Part shown: one piece after another, positions 23,846-25,395 of the stretch
How positions within the stretch are numbered: position 1 is the first letter of the stretch
Layout of the letters: each line of letters opens with the position of its first letter
Assembly: GCA_016748015.1 (NCBI GenBank)
Contig: JAAOMT010000597.1
Span: forward strand, 636,497 to 661,891
From: Geosiphon pyriformis uo1
Lineage: Eukaryota; Fungi; Glomeromycota
Reading direction: 5' to 3'
DNA length: 25,395 bases
Notes under the pieces: generated by a model
The model's database searches: none
The model's input: only the letters and a program-made list of their open reading frames with translations
What the model was told of the DNA's origin: nothing
Position numbers and translations under genes: made by a program

Positions 23846-24610
23846 AGGATGATGATTAAGGGTTAAATTTTAATTGGGGGTGATGTCGGACTCTTGGTCA
23901 ACCAATTACTAAAAAAAATCACTAGATAAATAGTTAAAAGTAAGAGAGTAAACACGAGGCAGCCTCTGATACAACCAATATCAATATAAAAAGTTTTTAT
24001 CGTAATCCTTTATTTATACATTCTAGAATCTATAGGTCAGAAACTAATTCAAGAGATATACTCTCTTCTATTAATTTGTTCAAGATCCGAGTAGCCCGTG
24101 TCTTGGGTGTTGGAAACAAAGTTTCCATCTAACCCAATAAAATGAAGAAAACTATGGGGGCGACGGAAGTCTACAATGTGCGGGATTCGATATTGAAACA
24201 AAGGAAAAATATTGCAAGGTCAGTCTTTTTCTTACTGATGAGACCAAAATCCACTCGGGCTTTTTGGCTAGGCACGGGTCGTGCTGGAAAATGTTATGAA
24301 CATCTAGGGGATCTGCAATTTGGTCCTCGAAATATTCTAATAAGGCTTATCTAAACATGTGAATGAAAAAACTATCTTTATTCATTTCACTAAATTGGTA
24401 AGGTTCGCTTATTGTATGTCTAGAGCAGTTGTTCTATAGCCATTTTAATCAACCAAATAGGATCAAAAAGAAAGCTTCAGTGCCGCTGGTTACACTAAAT
24501 TTTAGAGTAAATCATTTATAAACGTTGGTTCTTCCACATCTATTTTATTTTCCCTAGTCAATTCTGGTTTAACGAGTGCCTTATAATAGGAAATTACTTC
24601 GCTAAATATC

Positions 24611-25395
24611 ATGCAACTTTACGGCCTTATATATCATGTGGAGTCAACGACAGAAGAAGCTCTTGTGCCATTACAAAATGTAGCTGTCGAAGCAAATAGT
24701 ATGTATTTTTACCTTTGATACTTGTATATTCACATTGATTCTGTCTCTTATCAACCAAAAATTTCTATGAATAATTTTTTTAGTAGTTGATATGATTTCT
24801 GAAGGTATAAATTCTTTTCTCATCCTTTTGTTGGAGAATATGAACTGTATGTGATCTTAACTAAATATCCTTGCTTCATAGTTACCATTTCCCAAACATA
24901 TAAAAATCTCGAAGAGCACATCATTGATGCCTCCTACAGATTTCCAATTTATGAGGGAGCAGCTATTTGTGGTTTTGAAGCCGAAATAGATGGTAAAAGG
25001 GTAATCAAAGGTGTTGTTAAAGAATCAAAAGAAGCTGCAAAAGAATACAAAGAGGCTGTTTCAGTGAGTTCTGGTTTTTCTTTTTGAAGAATTTTAAATA
25101 ACCATTTTCATGTCTAAAATCTCGAGTTTCTTTTCTATGTGGCCCTTAGCAAGGTTTTGGTGCCTATTTATTAGAAGAGCAATTTGCAGATGTTTTTGTA
25201 TGCTCTATCGGAAATGTAAGCCCCGGACAAACCGTAATAATTCGAATTACATATGTCAGCGAACTTAAGCATGATGCTGAAACGGAAAAAATTCGTTTCG
25301 TGTTGCCGACTGTGGTATCTCCAAGATATGGAAATGATTCGCTTTCCCCATTGAATCCCACCGCAAATGATGGAAAAGAATTACAATCCAGTCAG
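24611..25395 (+). CDS. 5' part of a VIT-vWA (VWA5A-like) protein; exons 24611-24698, 24784-24804, 24882-25063, 25150->25395
   Basis: Spliced product MQLYGLIYHVESTTEEALVPLQNVAVEANIVDMISEVTISQTYKN...ASYRFPIYEGAAICGFEAEIDGKRVIKGVVKESKEAAKEYKEAVSQGFGAYLLEEQFADVFVCSIGNVSPGQTVIIRITYVSEL...RFVLPTVVSPRYG is a canonical VIT domain. Three GT-AG introns of 85, 77 and 86 nt keep frame. Confidence 0.92.

Noticed and set aside
24142-24354. Plus-strand 70-aa ORF upstream of the VIT gene
   Set aside because: No motif or splice link to the VIT gene, whose own ATG at 24611 gives a complete N-terminus.
2452-25361. Antisense or alternate-frame ORFs overlapping real genes (2452, 7771, 8013, 8437, 8614, 10348, 10571, 15766, 25164)
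   Set aside because: Shadow frames of supported coding sequences with no independent motifs.

Overview
AT-rich eukaryotic DNA with short GT-AG introns, most consistent with a Glomeromycotina (arbuscular mycorrhizal or Geosiphon-like) nuclear genome. This is inferred from gene families and transposon relics, not from a marker gene. The window lies between two same-strand VIT-vWA (VWA5A-like) genes: the 3' end of one (2-295) and the four-exon 5' end of another (24611-end). Between them are an intronless Ser/Pro-rich orphan with a CtIP/Sae2-like TPPGFW motif, an intronless MATA-type HMG-box gene, a two-exon F-box-like gene, a three-exon Hsp20 gene with a long internal insert, and several decayed genes and transposon relics. 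Two signals stand out. (1) A short minus-strand fragment at ~23.7-24.2 kb reads MTTLQEYLNQQYPTPEDKEAVNKI...EKID, resembling the N-terminus of LRR proteins of Mollicutes-related endobacteria (MRE), with bacterial-like gene packing; it is a candidate endosymbiont-DNA insertion. (2) Ty3/Gypsy relics appear erased by pervasive C>T/G>A change, including non-CpG contexts, while an adjacent Tc1 relic keeps its CpGs, suggesting a repeat-selective RIP-like mutational process. All family assignments are by manual translation and recall; no searches were run.
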